DNA from: Nitrosopumilaceae archaeon | Lineage (GTDB): Archaea; Thermoproteota; Nitrososphaeria; Nitrososphaerales; Nitrosopumilaceae | Direction of reading: 5' to 3' | Assembly: GCA_965203465.1 (NCBI GenBank) | Contig: CBDBCR010000001.1 | Location: forward strand, 544,001 to 608,000 | DNA length: 64,000 nt | The notes under the pieces: model-generated | Database searches by the model: none | What the model saw: the letters and a program-made list of their open reading frames with translations, nothing else | What the model was told of the DNA's origin: nothing | In this document: positions 30,506 to 40,611 of the stretch, piece by piece | How positions within the stretch are numbered: the stretch's first letter is position 1 | How the letters are laid out: every line of letters starts with the position of its first letter | Position numbers and translations under genes: made by a program

Positions 30506-33252
30506 CGCGCGACCGGGCGCTGCGCGTGCGCGGGGCGCGCCAGAACAACCTGCGCAACGTCAGCGTGGACATACCAAAGTACAAGCTGGTGGTCATAACG
30601 GGCATCTCGGGCTCGGGCAAGTCCACGCTGGCCTTCGATACGATATACGCCGAGGGCCAGCGGCGCTACGTCGAATCGCTGTCGGCGTACGCGCGCCAGT
30701 TCCTCGAGGTGATGGACAAGCCGGCCGTCGACTCTATAGACGGGCTGTCGCCTGCCATATCCATACAGCAAAAGACGACCAACAAGAACCCGCGCTCGAC
30801 GGTGGGCACCATAACCGAGATCTACGACTACATGAGGCTGCTGTACGCGCGAATAGGCAGGCCGCACTGCACGAGGTGCGGCCTCGCCATATCGAGCCAG
30901 TCCGTCGACGCCATGTGCGACGCCATACTCAAGGGGATGGACGGCCAGGACGTGCTGGTCATGGCGCCGGTGGTGCGGCGCAAAAAGGGCACGCACGAAA
31001 AGACGCTGGCGCGCATAAAAAAGGACGGGTACGCGCGCGTGCGCATAGACGGCGCGACGGTGCGCCTCGACGGGGAGCGCCCCAAGCTGGAAAAGCAAAA
31101 GTGGCACGACGTGAGCATAATCGTGGACCGCGTGCGCGTCTCGGAGGGCGAGCGCTCGCGCGTGTTCGAATCCGTGCAGACCGCCATCCGGGCCTCGGGC
31201 GGCACCGCCTCGGTCGGGCCGCAGGACGGCGAGGCCCGGCTGTTCTCGCAGGCCAACGCCTGCCCCCGCTGCGGCATAAGCGTGGGCGAGATGGAGCCGC
31301 GCGCCTTTTCGTTCAACTCGCCGCTTGGCATGTGCAAAGAGTGCAACGGGCTGGGCACCACGTCGGCGTACGACCGGGACCTGGTGCTGCCCGACGCGGA
31401 CCTGAGCATACTGGAGGGGGGCATACGCCCGCTCAGCCAGCACGGCCTGTCGCGGTACTACAAGTACATGGCACGGCACGTAAAGGGCGTGTCTTTGCAG
31501 ACGCCGCTGCGCGACATAGCCGGCGAAAAGCTGGACGCCATGCTAGACGGCGACGGGCAGTTTCCAGGCGTCTTTGCCCTGCTGGACCGCGAGTACCGGA
31601 CCACCACCCGCCCGGCCAAGCGCGACTGGATAAAGAGGTTCATGCGCAACATACCCTGCTCGGCGTGCCGGGGGTACAAGCTGCGCCCCGAGATGCTGGC
31701 CGTGCGCATAGGCGAGTCGAGCATAATGGACGCCTGCCGCATGTCCGTCGAGGCGTGCCTCGCGTTCTTTACGACGCTCAAACTGGAGCCGGCCGAAAGG
31801 AAGATAGGCCGCGAGATACTCAAGGAGATAACCGAGAGGCTCGAATTTTTGAAGAACGTCGGGCTCGGGTACATCTCGCTTGACAGGGCCAGCTACACGC
31901 TCTCGGGCGGCGAATCGCAGAGGATACGCCTGGCCACGCAGATAGGGGCCAACCTGACCGGCGTGCTGTACGTGCTAGACGAGCCCACCATAGGGCTGCA
32001 CCAGCGCGACAACGCGCGCCTCATAGACACGCTGACAAAGCTGCGCGACCTCGGCAACACGGTGATAGTGGTGGAGCACGACGAGGAGGTGATGCGCAGC
32101 TCCGACTGGCTCGTGGACATGGGGCCCGGCGCCGGCAGGCACGGGGGCAGCGTGGTCTTCGAGGGGACCGTCGGCAGCATGGTAAGGAAAAAAAACTCGC
32201 TCACCGGCAAGTACCTCAACGACAGCTCGATAATACGCAGGGAACGCGCGCCGCGGGGGGGCCGCTCGCTGACGGTGCGCGGCGCCGAGGCCAACAACCT
32301 CAAAAAGATAGACGTAAAGATACCGCTCGGCCAGATGGTCGTGGTCACCGGCGTGTCCGGGTCGGGCAAGTCCACGCTGGTAAACGACGTGCTGTACAGG
32401 GCCGTGCACGCCGAGTTCTACTACGGGTACAGGCGGCCCGGCAAGCACGCGGGGATAGACGGCGTCGGGCTCCTCTCGGACGTGGTGGCCATAGACCAGT
32501 CGCCGATAGGCAGGACGCCGCGCTCCAACCCGGCCACGTACATCGACGCGTTCTCGCCCATACGGGCGCTGTTCGCCGAGACGCCGCTGGCTAGGGAGCG
32601 GGGGTACGCGTCGGGCCAGTTTTCGTTCAACACGCCGGCCGGCCGGTGCTTTGCGTGCGACGGCGACGGGGTCAAAAAGATAGAGATGCAGTTCCTCGCC
32701 GACGTGTTCGTAAAGTGCGACGAGTGCGGCGGCAAGAGGTACGACAGCGAGACGCTGGCGGTCAGGTACAAGGGCAAGAACATATCCGAGGTGCTGGACA
32801 TGACCGCCGAGGAGGCCCTCGAGTTCTTCGGCAACGTGCGCGCCGTGAAGCGCAAGCTGCAGACGCTCAACGACGTGGGGCTGGGGTACATACGGCTGGG
32901 CCAGTCCTCCACGACGCTGTCGGGCGGCGAGGCGCAGCGCGTAAAGCTGGCCTCGGAGCTTTCAAAGTACCAGACCGGAGAGACGCTGTACATACTCGAC
33001 GAGCCGACCACCGGCCTCCACTTCGCCGACGTCGAGAGGCTGCTCGCCGTGCTCGACAGGCTGGTGTCCATGGGCAACACCGTGCTGGTCATAGAGCACA
33101 ACATGGACATCATACGCAACGCCGACTGGGTGGTGGACCTGGGCCCCGAGGGGGGCGAGGAGGGCGGCAGGGTGGTGGCGGAGGGCACGCCCGAGCAGGT
33201 GGCCCGCGCGCCGGGCAGCTATACGGGCAGGTACCTCAAGAAGGCGCTATGA
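30502..33252 (+). CDS. uvrA: Excinuclease ABC subunit A
   Basis: Two ABC domains (GSGKS, LSGGE) and Zn fingers. Confidence 0.97.
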   Translation: MTRDRALRVRGARQNNLRNVSVDIPKYKLVVITGISGSGKSTLAFDTIYAEGQRRYVESLSAYARQFLEVMDKPAVDSIDGLSPAISIQQKTTNKNPRSTVGTITEIYDYMRLLYARIGRPHCTRCGLAISSQSVDAMCDAILKGMDGQDVLVMAPVVRRKKGTHEKTLARIKKDGYARVRIDGATVRLDGERPKLEKQKWHDVSIIVDRVRVSEGERSRVFESVQTAIRASGGTASVGPQDGEARLFSQANACPRCGISVGEMEPRAFSFNSPLGMCKECNGLGTTSAYDRDLVLPDADLSILEGGIRPLSQHGLSRYYKYMARHVKGVSLQTPLRDIAGEKLDAMLDGDGQFPGVFALLDREYRTTTRPAKRDWIKRFMRNIPCSACRGYKLRPEMLAVRIGESSIMDACRMSVEACLAFFTTLKLEPAERKIGREILKEITERLEFLKNVGLGYISLDRASYTLSGGESQRIRLATQIGANLTGVLYVLDEPTIGLHQRDNARLIDTLTKLRDLGNTVIVVEHDEEVMRSSDWLVDMGPGAGRHGGSVVFEGTVGSMVRKKNSLTGKYLNDSSIIRRERAPRGGRSLTVRGAEANNLKKIDVKIPLGQMVVVTGVSGSGKSTLVNDVLYRAVHAEFYYGYRRPGKHAGIDGVGLLSDVVAIDQSPIGRTPRSNPATYIDAFSPIRALFAETPLARERGYASGQFSFNTPAGRCFACDGDGVKKIEMQFLADVFVKCDECGGKRYDSETLAVRYKGKNISEVLDMTAEEALEFFGNVRAVKRKLQTLNDVGLGYIRLGQSSTTLSGGEAQRVKLASELSKYQTGETLYILDEPTTGLHFADVERLLAVLDRLVSMGNTVLVIEHNMDIIRNADWVVDLGPEGGEEGGRVVAEGTPEQVARAPGSYTGRYLKKAL

Positions 33253-34844
33253 TCCCGGCGTTCGCGGCAGAGGCGCCGCCCCAGACCGGCATCTACATCA
33301 TGCGCGACGCGGCCGGCGGGGTCATCTACGTGGGCAAGGCCAAGAACCTGAAGAACCGCGTCCGCTCGTACTTTTCGGGCCGGACCGACTACAAGACAGG
33401 CAAGCTCGTCGAGCGCATAGCCGACATGGAGTTCGTGCTGACCGACAGCGAATCCGAGGCGTTCGTGCTCGAATCGAACATGATAAAGCGGCACCGGCCG
33501 CGCTTCAACATGGAGCTCAAAGACCAGGAGCGCTACACGTACCTGCGGCTCACCGACGAGCAGTACCCGCGCCTGGCCGTGGCGCGCAGGGCGCGCGGCG
33601 GCGTGCTCCCCGGGGCCGGCAGGGTGTACGGGCCGTTCACCCACGGCAGCTCCAAGCTGCTCACCGTCGGCTCGCTGCGCAAGGCCTTCAAGATACGCAT
33701 CTGCAAGCCGCTGCCCAAGAAGGTGTGCCTAGAGTACCACCTCGGCAACTGCGAGGGGCCGTGCGAGTTCGAGCGGGCCCGGCAGAGCTACCCCGGCCAC
33801 GTCAGGGACCTGGAGGGCGTGCTGTCCGGCGGCGACTCGGCGGCCGGGTTCGTGCGGTGGCTGGAGGGGCAGATGCGCGCCGCCTCGGGGTCGCGCGACT
33901 TTGAGAGGGCCATCGAGATCCGCGACACGCTCAAGAGGCTCTCTGCGCTGCGCGCGCCGCAAAAGATGGATTCGCCGGGCGGCGCCGACGAGGAGTACTT
34001 TGGCGTGTCGGTGCGCGAGCGCCGCGCGGTGGTCATGACGTTCCGCAAGACGGGCGGCCTCATACGCGACAGCGACAGGTTTTCGTTCGATGTCATGGCC
34101 GACAACACGTTCGGCAACTTTGTGTACCAGTACTATACCACCCGGCCCATACCGGCCCGCGTGCTGGTCAGCAGGCGGCCGGAAAACGCCCGCGCCCTGG
34201 CAAGGGCGCTCTCCGATAGGGCCGGCCAGGAGGTGTCCATAAGCGTGCCGCGCAGCGGGCCCGAAGCCGAGATGATGGCCCTGGTCATGCGCAACATCGC
34301 CCTGATACGCTCAAAGGGCGGCGCCGATCCGGCCCTTGCGCGCCTGCAGGAGCGCCTGCGCCTGCCCTCGCTCCCGAGGATCATAGAGTGCTTTGACGTA
34401 TCGAACCACGGCGACGAGTTCGCCGTCGGCGCCATGTCCAGGCTGATCGACGGCAGGCCGGACAAGTCGGGGTACAGGCGGTTCCGCATAAAGACGGTGT
34501 CCGGAAGGGACGACTTTGCGATGATGGCCGAGATAGTCGGGCGCAGGTACCTGCGCCTGTCCAGGGAAAAGTCGGAGATGCCGGATCTAGTGCTGGTGGA
34601 CGGCGGGCGGGGGCAGCTGAGCTCTGCGCTGGGGGCGCTGCGCAAGGCCGGCGCCGACATACCGTGCGCCGCGCTGGCAAAACAGAACGAGGAGGTGTTC
34701 ATGCCGGGCCGCGGCGTGCCGGTGCGCATGCGCAGCACCGACCCCGCCCTGCACGTCCTGCAGAGGGCGCGGGACGAGGCGCACAGGTTCGGCGTGGCGT
34801 ACAACCACGCGCTGAGGAAAAAAATGCAGAAAATGGCTAGTTGA
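33249..34844 (+). CDS. uvrC: Excinuclease ABC subunit C
   Basis: GIY..YVGKA, ECFDVS, DGGRGQL, RDEAHRF. Confidence 0.95.
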   Translation: MIPAFAAEAPPQTGIYIMRDAAGGVIYVGKAKNLKNRVRSYFSGRTDYKTGKLVERIADMEFVLTDSESEAFVLESNMIKRHRPRFNMELKDQERYTYLRLTDEQYPRLAVARRARGGVLPGAGRVYGPFTHGSSKLLTVGSLRKAFKIRICKPLPKKVCLEYHLGNCEGPCEFERARQSYPGHVRDLEGVLSGGDSAAGFVRWLEGQMRAASGSRDFERAIEIRDTLKRLSALRAPQKMDSPGGADEEYFGVSVRERRAVVMTFRKTGGLIRDSDRFSFDVMADNTFGNFVYQYYTTRPIPARVLVSRRPENARALARALSDRAGQEVSISVPRSGPEAEMMALVMRNIALIRSKGGADPALARLQERLRLPSLPRIIECFDVSNHGDEFAVGAMSRLIDGRPDKSGYRRFRIKTVSGRDDFAMMAEIVGRRYLRLSREKSEMPDLVLVDGGRGQLSSALGALRKAGADIPCAALAKQNEEVFMPGRGVPVRMRSTDPALHVLQRARDEAHRFGVAYNHALRKKMQKMAS

Positions 34845-35505
34845 CCTGTATGGTGCCTATCATCCACGGGTGGAGCTGGCACAGGTACGGATAGTCGCCC
34901 GAATCGTCGAACGTCCATTCGAACGTGTCGCCTGCCATCATCAGGCCGCTGTCGAACCCGTTGGGGTAGTCGAAGCCTATGGCCGAAGAGTCCTCTGACA
35001 GATCGCCTGCGTTGACCATGTGGATCAGGCTGTCGTCGTTCGTCCACACGACTGTGTCGCCCGCGTTGATCTCGACGCTGAACGGATCAAAGCACGCGTC
35101 GTCAGCCTCGCAACCCGGAATCCCAGTTCCCTCGGGTATGCTGATCTGAGTTATGGTGCTGGCCCCGTCCATCGCTTCGTCCATCATCATGGCCTCGTCC
35201 ATAGAGTCGTCCATCGCTTCGTCCATCATCATGGCCTCGTCCATAGAGTCGTCCATCGCTTCGTCCATCATCATGGCCTCGTCCATAGAGTCGTCCATCG
35301 CTTCGTCCATCATCATGGCCTCGTCCATCATGGCATCTTCTGCCATGGTGTCCTCCATCATGACGTCCGTCGTGGTATTGTACGCGACCGGCTCGGCCGT
35401 AGGCTGCGCTGCCTGCTCAGAGGCCGGGCCTAGAGCCGCGATTCCCACCGCGACTAGCACTATGCCGATAGACCAGCCGATTGCCGCCTTGTCTACTGTT
35501 CCCAT
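34837..35505 (-). CDS. Membrane-anchored blue copper (cupredoxin) protein with Met/Asp-rich linker
   Basis: TM anchor; PGCE..CF.P; His plus CQLHPWM type-1 Cu ligands. Confidence 0.9.
   Translation of the reverse strand: MGTVDKAAIGWSIGIVLVAVGIAALGPASEQAAQPTAEPVAYNTTTDVMMEDTMAEDAMMDEAMMMDEAMDDSMDEAMMMDEAMDDSMDEAMMMDEAMDDSMDEAMMMDEAMDGASTITQISIPEGTGIPGCEADDACFDPFSVEINAGDTVVWTNDDSLIHMVNAGDLSEDSSAIGFDYPNGFDSGLMMAGDTFEWTFDDSGDYPYLCQLHPWMIGTIQVN
35167..35328. repeat. 42-bp perfect tandem repeat, three full copies plus a 36-bp partial, encoding DSMDEAMMMDEAMD
   Basis: gtccatcgcttcgtccatcatcatggcctcgtccatagagtc at 35167, 35209, 35251; partial at 35293. Confidence 0.95.
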
Positions 35506-35586
35506 TGGCGCGCCCGCCGGACGTGTCTAAATAAATTTAACTAGCGGATCGAGGCCTCTGGCCGACGCGGGCGAGGCCCGCGCGCC

Positions 35587-37179
35587 CTACGCCGCCCGCC
35601 GGACGTGGTATATGGCAAGGTCCCGGTTGTCCGATATGTGAAAGTCGGCCCCCCGCTCGAACTCGAACCCCGCGCCGCCCGACACTTGTTCGTACAGCGC
35701 CTCGCCTATCACGAGGCCGTTGGGGCGCGCAAAAGAGTTGATTTTTGAGCACGCGTTCACCGTCGAGCCGAATATGTCCTTGGTCTCGGAAGTGGACATT
35801 TTCGCGACGCTGACGGGCCCCAGAGTGGCGCTGACGCGGTAGTCGACGTTCGGCAGGCCCTTTTCGTCGAGCAGGCGGCACAGGCTGCCGTGGTGCTCGC
35901 ACATCTGGACGCAGCACTCCAGCACCTCCCCCGCCCTGCCGGCCGGAAAGCAGAACAGCAGCGCGTCGCCCACGTTCTTGACCACGGTGCCCCCGTGCCT
36001 GCCCACTATCGAGGCCATCGAGTTGATGAACGCGGCGTACAGCGAGGCGGACTCGTCGTCCGAGAGCGGCATGCACACGCGCGTCGAGCCCCGTATGTCC
36101 ACGAAGCAGACGCACGCCTCCTCGGTCCGGTCGGAAAACCGGAGCAGGATGTCCTCCTGCTGGCTGATTATCTCCTTTTGCTTGACCAGCGCGATCTCGG
36201 ACTCTAGGAGCCGCGCGGCCATCGCGTCGAACGAGCGCGACAGGTCTCCGATCTCGTCGGACGAGCGTATGCCGGTGCGCACCTCGAAGTTGCCGCGCTC
36301 CACCTCGCCGACGGCCCGCCTCATGCGGCGCAGCGGGTAGGACAGGCGCCTCGAGAGCATGTACGAGACGGCGGCTAGCGCGCCGGTGACCGAGAGGCCG
36401 GCTACCGCCATGTCGCGCTCCAGCTCCAGCAGCGGCGCGAGCATGTCGGACTCTGCGAGCTCTGCGACCGCCGCGTACCCGTACTCGGGCCGGCAGTACG
36501 CCGAGCCCACCGTCCGGCCACCGGGCCCCGCGTACGAGGCCGTCCCGCCGCCGAGGGGGCACATCTGCTCGAGCGGCGGCGGCGGGCCGGGCGGCAGGCT
36601 CGCGCCGCCCGAGATCAGCCGCAGGGCCGGGCCCCCCTCGCCGTCTACCATGCGCCCGACCGCGGCGGTCCCGGTCGCAGCTGCCAGCACGCCGCCGCCC
36701 TCGAGCGGCAGCGCGATCAGCAGGACTGTTCCCCCGCCGGGCCCCCCGGCGAACCCGGCCAGCCTGCCGGACGCAAGCGATCTTACAAGCTCCGCGTCGG
36801 CCAGCGCCGCCCCGCCGTCCAAGTCCAGCCGCTTTTCCATGCCCGGGCCGAAGACGGCCGCGTCGAGCAGCTCCGTCCTGCCCCCGTACGATGACTGGAA
36901 CGCCGTCAGGTTGACCTGGGCGTTGACCGTCTGGCCGCCCTCCGAGGCCAGCACGACTGCCGGATCGCCGGCAAGCTGCGAGAGGGCCACTATTCGCGAC
37001 TCCACCAAGCTGCCCACTGCCAGGCCCATCTCGCGTGACTGGCCCTCGAGCGTCTCTGCGGCCCTCTCGCGGAGCATGCCGTCTATGAGGCCCAGCGAGA
37101 GGACGGCAGTCGAGAGGGCGGCGAGGGCCGCCACCGCGAGCGCGAAAAAGACCAGTTTCTTGTCTAGGCTGAATTTCAC
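35587..37179 (-). CDS. Membrane sensor with HAMP and class III adenylate/guanylate cyclase domains
   Basis: Two TM helices, HAMP (DEIGDLSRSFDAM), FVDIRGST, KNVGDAL, DIFGSTVN. Confidence 0.88.
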   Translation of the reverse strand: MKFSLDKKLVFFALAVAALAALSTAVLSLGLIDGMLRERAAETLEGQSREMGLAVGSLVESRIVALSQLAGDPAVVLASEGGQTVNAQVNLTAFQSSYGGRTELLDAAVFGPGMEKRLDLDGGAALADAELVRSLASGRLAGFAGGPGGGTVLLIALPLEGGGVLAAATGTAAVGRMVDGEGGPALRLISGGASLPPGPPPPLEQMCPLGGGTASYAGPGGRTVGSAYCRPEYGYAAVAELAESDMLAPLLELERDMAVAGLSVTGALAAVSYMLSRRLSYPLRRMRRAVGEVERGNFEVRTGIRSSDEIGDLSRSFDAMAARLLESEIALVKQKEIISQQEDILLRFSDRTEEACVCFVDIRGSTRVCMPLSDDESASLYAAFINSMASIVGRHGGTVVKNVGDALLFCFPAGRAGEVLECCVQMCEHHGSLCRLLDEKGLPNVDYRVSATLGPVSVAKMSTSETKDIFGSTVNACSKINSFARPNGLVIGEALYEQVSGGAGFEFERGADFHISDNRDLAIYHVRRAA

Positions 37180-37294
37180 GGTACGAAACGCGCACGGACG
37201 GTTATAAAAGGCGCGTCTTGTCAAAATAGGGGACACCTTTGGTGTAGAAAATTCTGCCACGCCCTTTTTGTCCTTTGCCGGCAAGGGGGTGCCC

Positions 37295-37453
37295 GTGGAG
37301 ACGCGCTTTGCCAGGATGGTGGACGAGCTGGTCGTGCTCGCAGAGGACGATCGCGAGCTGGCAGAGGGGCTGCGGTGGCTGGACAGGAGGGCCCGCGAGC
37401 GGCGCGTCAGCTTTTACGACGCGGTCTTTGATGTGCTCTACGGGCGGGGTTAG
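37295..37453 (+). CDS. Small hypothetical protein
   Basis: DRELAEGLRWLD...SFYDAVFDVL. Confidence 0.6.
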   Translation: METRFARMVDELVVLAEDDRELAEGLRWLDRRARERRVSFYDAVFDVLYGRG

Positions 37454-38610
37454 CGCAGGTCCAGTTCGGTGTACTTGCAGCCGTCCGGCCCGCAGTACTT
37501 GCCCACGTAGACTGCCTTGGGCCGGTACAGCGCCGGCTTGGGGGCCGCCTCGGCGAACTTTTCCTCTATGATGTGCGCGGCCCACCCGGCCGCGCGCGAG
37601 ATGGCGAAGATGGGCGTGTTCAGATCCATGGGTATGCCCATCATGTAGTATATGGACGCGCTGTACAGGTCCACGTTGGGGTAGATGTCCATCCCTTTGC
37701 GCTCCTTCATCTGGCTCACCGTGACGCGCTCGACCTCCTGCGTGATGTCGAACCAGGCGTCCCCGGTCTTTGCCGCGAGCTTGCGCGACATCTCCTTGAG
37801 CACGCGCGCGCGCGGATCGTAGGTGCGGTACACCGCGTGGCCCATGCCCATCACCCTCTCGCCCGCGTCCATGCGGGCGCGTATCCAGCCGTCGACGGCG
37901 CCGACCGACTTTATGTCCAGCAGCATCTTCATGACCTCGTAGTTGGCCCCGCCGTGCAGCTCGCCGCTCAGGGCCCCGATGGCCGCGCTGGCGGCAGAGT
38001 ACATGTGGGCCCGGGTGGAGGCCACCTGCCGCGCGGCGAACGTGGACGCGTTGAAGGTGTGATCGGCGTGCAGTATCAGGCAGACGTCGAATATGCGGGC
38101 CGTCTCGGGGTCGGGGATCTCGCCGGTCAGCATGCGCAGAAAGTTGGCCGCGTGGCCGAGATCCGGATCCGGATCCACGACGGGCAGCGCGTTGCGTATG
38201 CGCTGCCAGCTCGCAACGATGGTCGGCACCTTGGCTATCAGGTTGATGGACTTGTCGTAGCTGGACTCTTTGTTGTGGAACTCTTCGTCGTAGTACCCCG
38301 CGAGGGCGGCCACGAACGCCTGGAGCATGTCCATGGGGTCGGCGTCGCGGCGCCAGTTGCCCATGTTGGTCTGCATCTGCTTGGGTATCCAGCGCGCCTC
38401 CTTCAGCTTTGACTCAAAGTCGGACAGCTGCGCCCTGTTGGGCAGCTCGTCGTGCAAAAGCAGGTACGCGGTCTCTTCAAAGCTGGACTTTTCCACCAAG
38501 TCCCGTATGTTGTAGCCGCGGTAGATCAGCTCGCCCACGTCGCCGCGTATGTTCGAGACGCGCGTGTCGGCCACGGGTATCCCGCGCAGGCCTGTGTTCT
38601 TGGTCTCCAC
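37450..38610 (-). CDS. gltA: Citrate synthase
   Basis: LHADH, GELHGGAN, GMGHAVY, PNVD. Confidence 0.95.
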   Translation of the reverse strand: METKNTGLRGIPVADTRVSNIRGDVGELIYRGYNIRDLVEKSSFEETAYLLLHDELPNRAQLSDFESKLKEARWIPKQMQTNMGNWRRDADPMDMLQAFVAALAGYYDEEFHNKESSYDKSINLIAKVPTIVASWQRIRNALPVVDPDPDLGHAANFLRMLTGEIPDPETARIFDVCLILHADHTFNASTFAARQVASTRAHMYSAASAAIGALSGELHGGANYEVMKMLLDIKSVGAVDGWIRARMDAGERVMGMGHAVYRTYDPRARVLKEMSRKLAAKTGDAWFDITQEVERVTVSQMKERKGMDIYPNVDLYSASIYYMMGIPMDLNTPIFAISRAAGWAAHIIEEKFAEAAPKPALYRPKAVYVGKYCGPDGCKYTELDLR

Positions 38611-38697
38611 GGCGCCCCCCGCGCGCCGGATCTATATCTTTTTTGGCCCGGGGCGGCGCCGCATGGTAATTATTGGCGCCCACGGGCCGGCGCGCAG

Positions 38698-39414
38698 ATG
38701 GGCTTTCCGGAAGCCGAGGTCTTTGAGACCCGCAGGGCCGAGTACAACAGCCCAACCATCTTCGCCGGCTTCGTGGGGGCCGGCCAGGTGGGCCCGCTCG
38801 CGGCGGGCCAGATAGTGCGCGCCATGGGCATGCGCGAGGTCGGCTACATGCGGTCGGGCCACCTGCCGCCCTCGACGGTTTTCCAGAACGGCAGGCTGCG
38901 GCACCCGTTCCGCTTCTACGCCACCCCCGACGGCGCCGCGTGCGCCATAGTCTGCGAGGTGACCCTGAAGGCCGAGGGGCTCTACACGATAGTCTCTGGG
39001 ATACTGGACTGGGCCGAGTCAAAGGGCGCCGGCGAGTTCGTGATACTCGACGGGGTGGCCTCCGACTCGCACGACCAAAAGGCGTACTGCGCGGCCGAGG
39101 AGGACCTGTGCCGGGTCATGGCCGACAAGGACATCGAGATGATACCAAAGGGGTTCATCACCGGCGTGCCCGGCGGCATACTCAACGAGTGCCTGATGAG
39201 GAAGATACGCGGCATCGCGCTGCTCGCAAAGGCGCACAGCGAGAGGGCCGATCCGGCAGCCGCCATAACGCTGATCGACGCCATAAACAGGTTCTACGGC
39301 GCGCGGATGGGCACCGACGAGCTGCGCAAGGAAGAGGAGATGATCGAGGAGTTCCGCGAGATATCGGCAAAGTACGCGGAGCACCGCCAGGAATATTCCG
39401 GCATGTACATGTAG
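38698..39414 (+). CDS. PAC2-family proteasome assembly chaperone
   Basis: GFVGAGQVG.LA, HPFRFY, DP.AA, C-terminal GMYM (HbYX-like). Confidence 0.85.
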   Translation: MGFPEAEVFETRRAEYNSPTIFAGFVGAGQVGPLAAGQIVRAMGMREVGYMRSGHLPPSTVFQNGRLRHPFRFYATPDGAACAIVCEVTLKAEGLYTIVSGILDWAESKGAGEFVILDGVASDSHDQKAYCAAEEDLCRVMADKDIEMIPKGFITGVPGGILNECLMRKIRGIALLAKAHSERADPAAAITLIDAINRFYGARMGTDELRKEEEMIEEFREISAKYAEHRQEYSGMYM

Positions 39415-39447
39415 GATTTTTAAGAGAAGCTGGGCCCGCGCGGCGCG

Positions 39448-40461
39448 GTGAAGCTGACCTACAAAAAGGCCGGGATCGACGTGCGCGCCATAGATTCCGC
39501 CCTGTCGGCGGTGGGCAGGCACGTGCGCTCGACGCACCGGCTCGGGCCGGGCAGGGTGCTGGACGGGTTCGGCGGGTACGCCGGGACGGTGCGCGCGCCC
39601 GGCGGCGCCGAGCTTGCGTTCCACACCGACGGCGTGGGCACCAAGGCGCTGGTCGCATCGTCGCTCAAGAGGTACGACACGGTGGGCATAGACTGCGTCG
39701 CGATGAACGTCAACGACATCGCCTGCGTGGGGGCCGTCCCGCTGGCGTTCGTGGACTATGTGGCGGCCAGCAGGAACGACGGCCGCGCCCTCGAGCGGAT
39801 AGCCTCGGGCCTAGCCCGCGGGGCGAAAGAGGCCGACGTGCCCATAGTCGGGGGCGAGACGGCCGTCATGCCGGACATGATCCGGGGGGGTGGGTTTTCG
39901 TTCGACCTTGCCGGCTCGGTGGCCGGGCTGATCCCGGACGGGGGGCGCATCGACCCAAAGTCCATCAAGAAAGGCGACGCGATAATCGGCGTCGAAAGCT
40001 CGGGGCTGCACTCCAACGGCTACACTCTCGCGAGGAGGGCGCTGGAGGGCCTGCCGTACTCTGCAAAAGTCGGCCGCCGGAGCCTCGCCGACGCGCTGCT
40101 CTGCCCGACGCGCATATACTCGGGCCCGGCCCAGAGGGCCGCCCGAAAGTTCGAGGTGCACGGCATGGCACACATAACGGGGGGCTCTTTTGCGAAACTG
40201 ATGCGCCTCAAGAAAACCGGGTACACGCTCGATTCCATGCCGCCGCCCCCTCCCATAATGGATCTGATAGCCTCGCGCGGCGTCGGATCCGCGGAGATGT
40301 ACAGGACGTTCAACATGGGCGTGGGGTTCTGCATCGTGGCCCCCGAGAGCCAGGCGCGCGGCATCCGGGCCGTGTTTTCGAGGCGCCGCATGCGCAGCTG
40401 GGTGGTCGGCACCGTCTCGGGCGGGCCCGGCGTGCGCGCAGGCGGCGTAAAGGTGGCCTGA
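39448..40461 (+). CDS. purM: AIR synthetase
   Basis: TDGVGTK, GGETA.MP, GLHSNG, HITGG, TFNMG. Confidence 0.95.
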   Translation: MKLTYKKAGIDVRAIDSALSAVGRHVRSTHRLGPGRVLDGFGGYAGTVRAPGGAELAFHTDGVGTKALVASSLKRYDTVGIDCVAMNVNDIACVGAVPLAFVDYVAASRNDGRALERIASGLARGAKEADVPIVGGETAVMPDMIRGGGFSFDLAGSVAGLIPDGGRIDPKSIKKGDAIIGVESSGLHSNGYTLARRALEGLPYSAKVGRRSLADALLCPTRIYSGPAQRAARKFEVHGMAHITGGSFAKLMRLKKTGYTLDSMPPPPPIMDLIASRGVGSAEMYRTFNMGVGFCIVAPESQARGIRAVFSRRRMRSWVVGTVSGGPGVRAGGVKVA

Positions 40462-40611
40462 CGGGGCGGATTGGCCAGATCGCGCCCGCCCGCTCCGGTG
40501 GGCCGAGGCGGAGGAAGGCGCTCGGTGGGGGGGGGGTGGACGAATTTCGGGATACTACAAAACCGCCCGGCCGGGTAATCGCCTTATATAACCGGCCCCC
40601 GGCGCCTCCCC

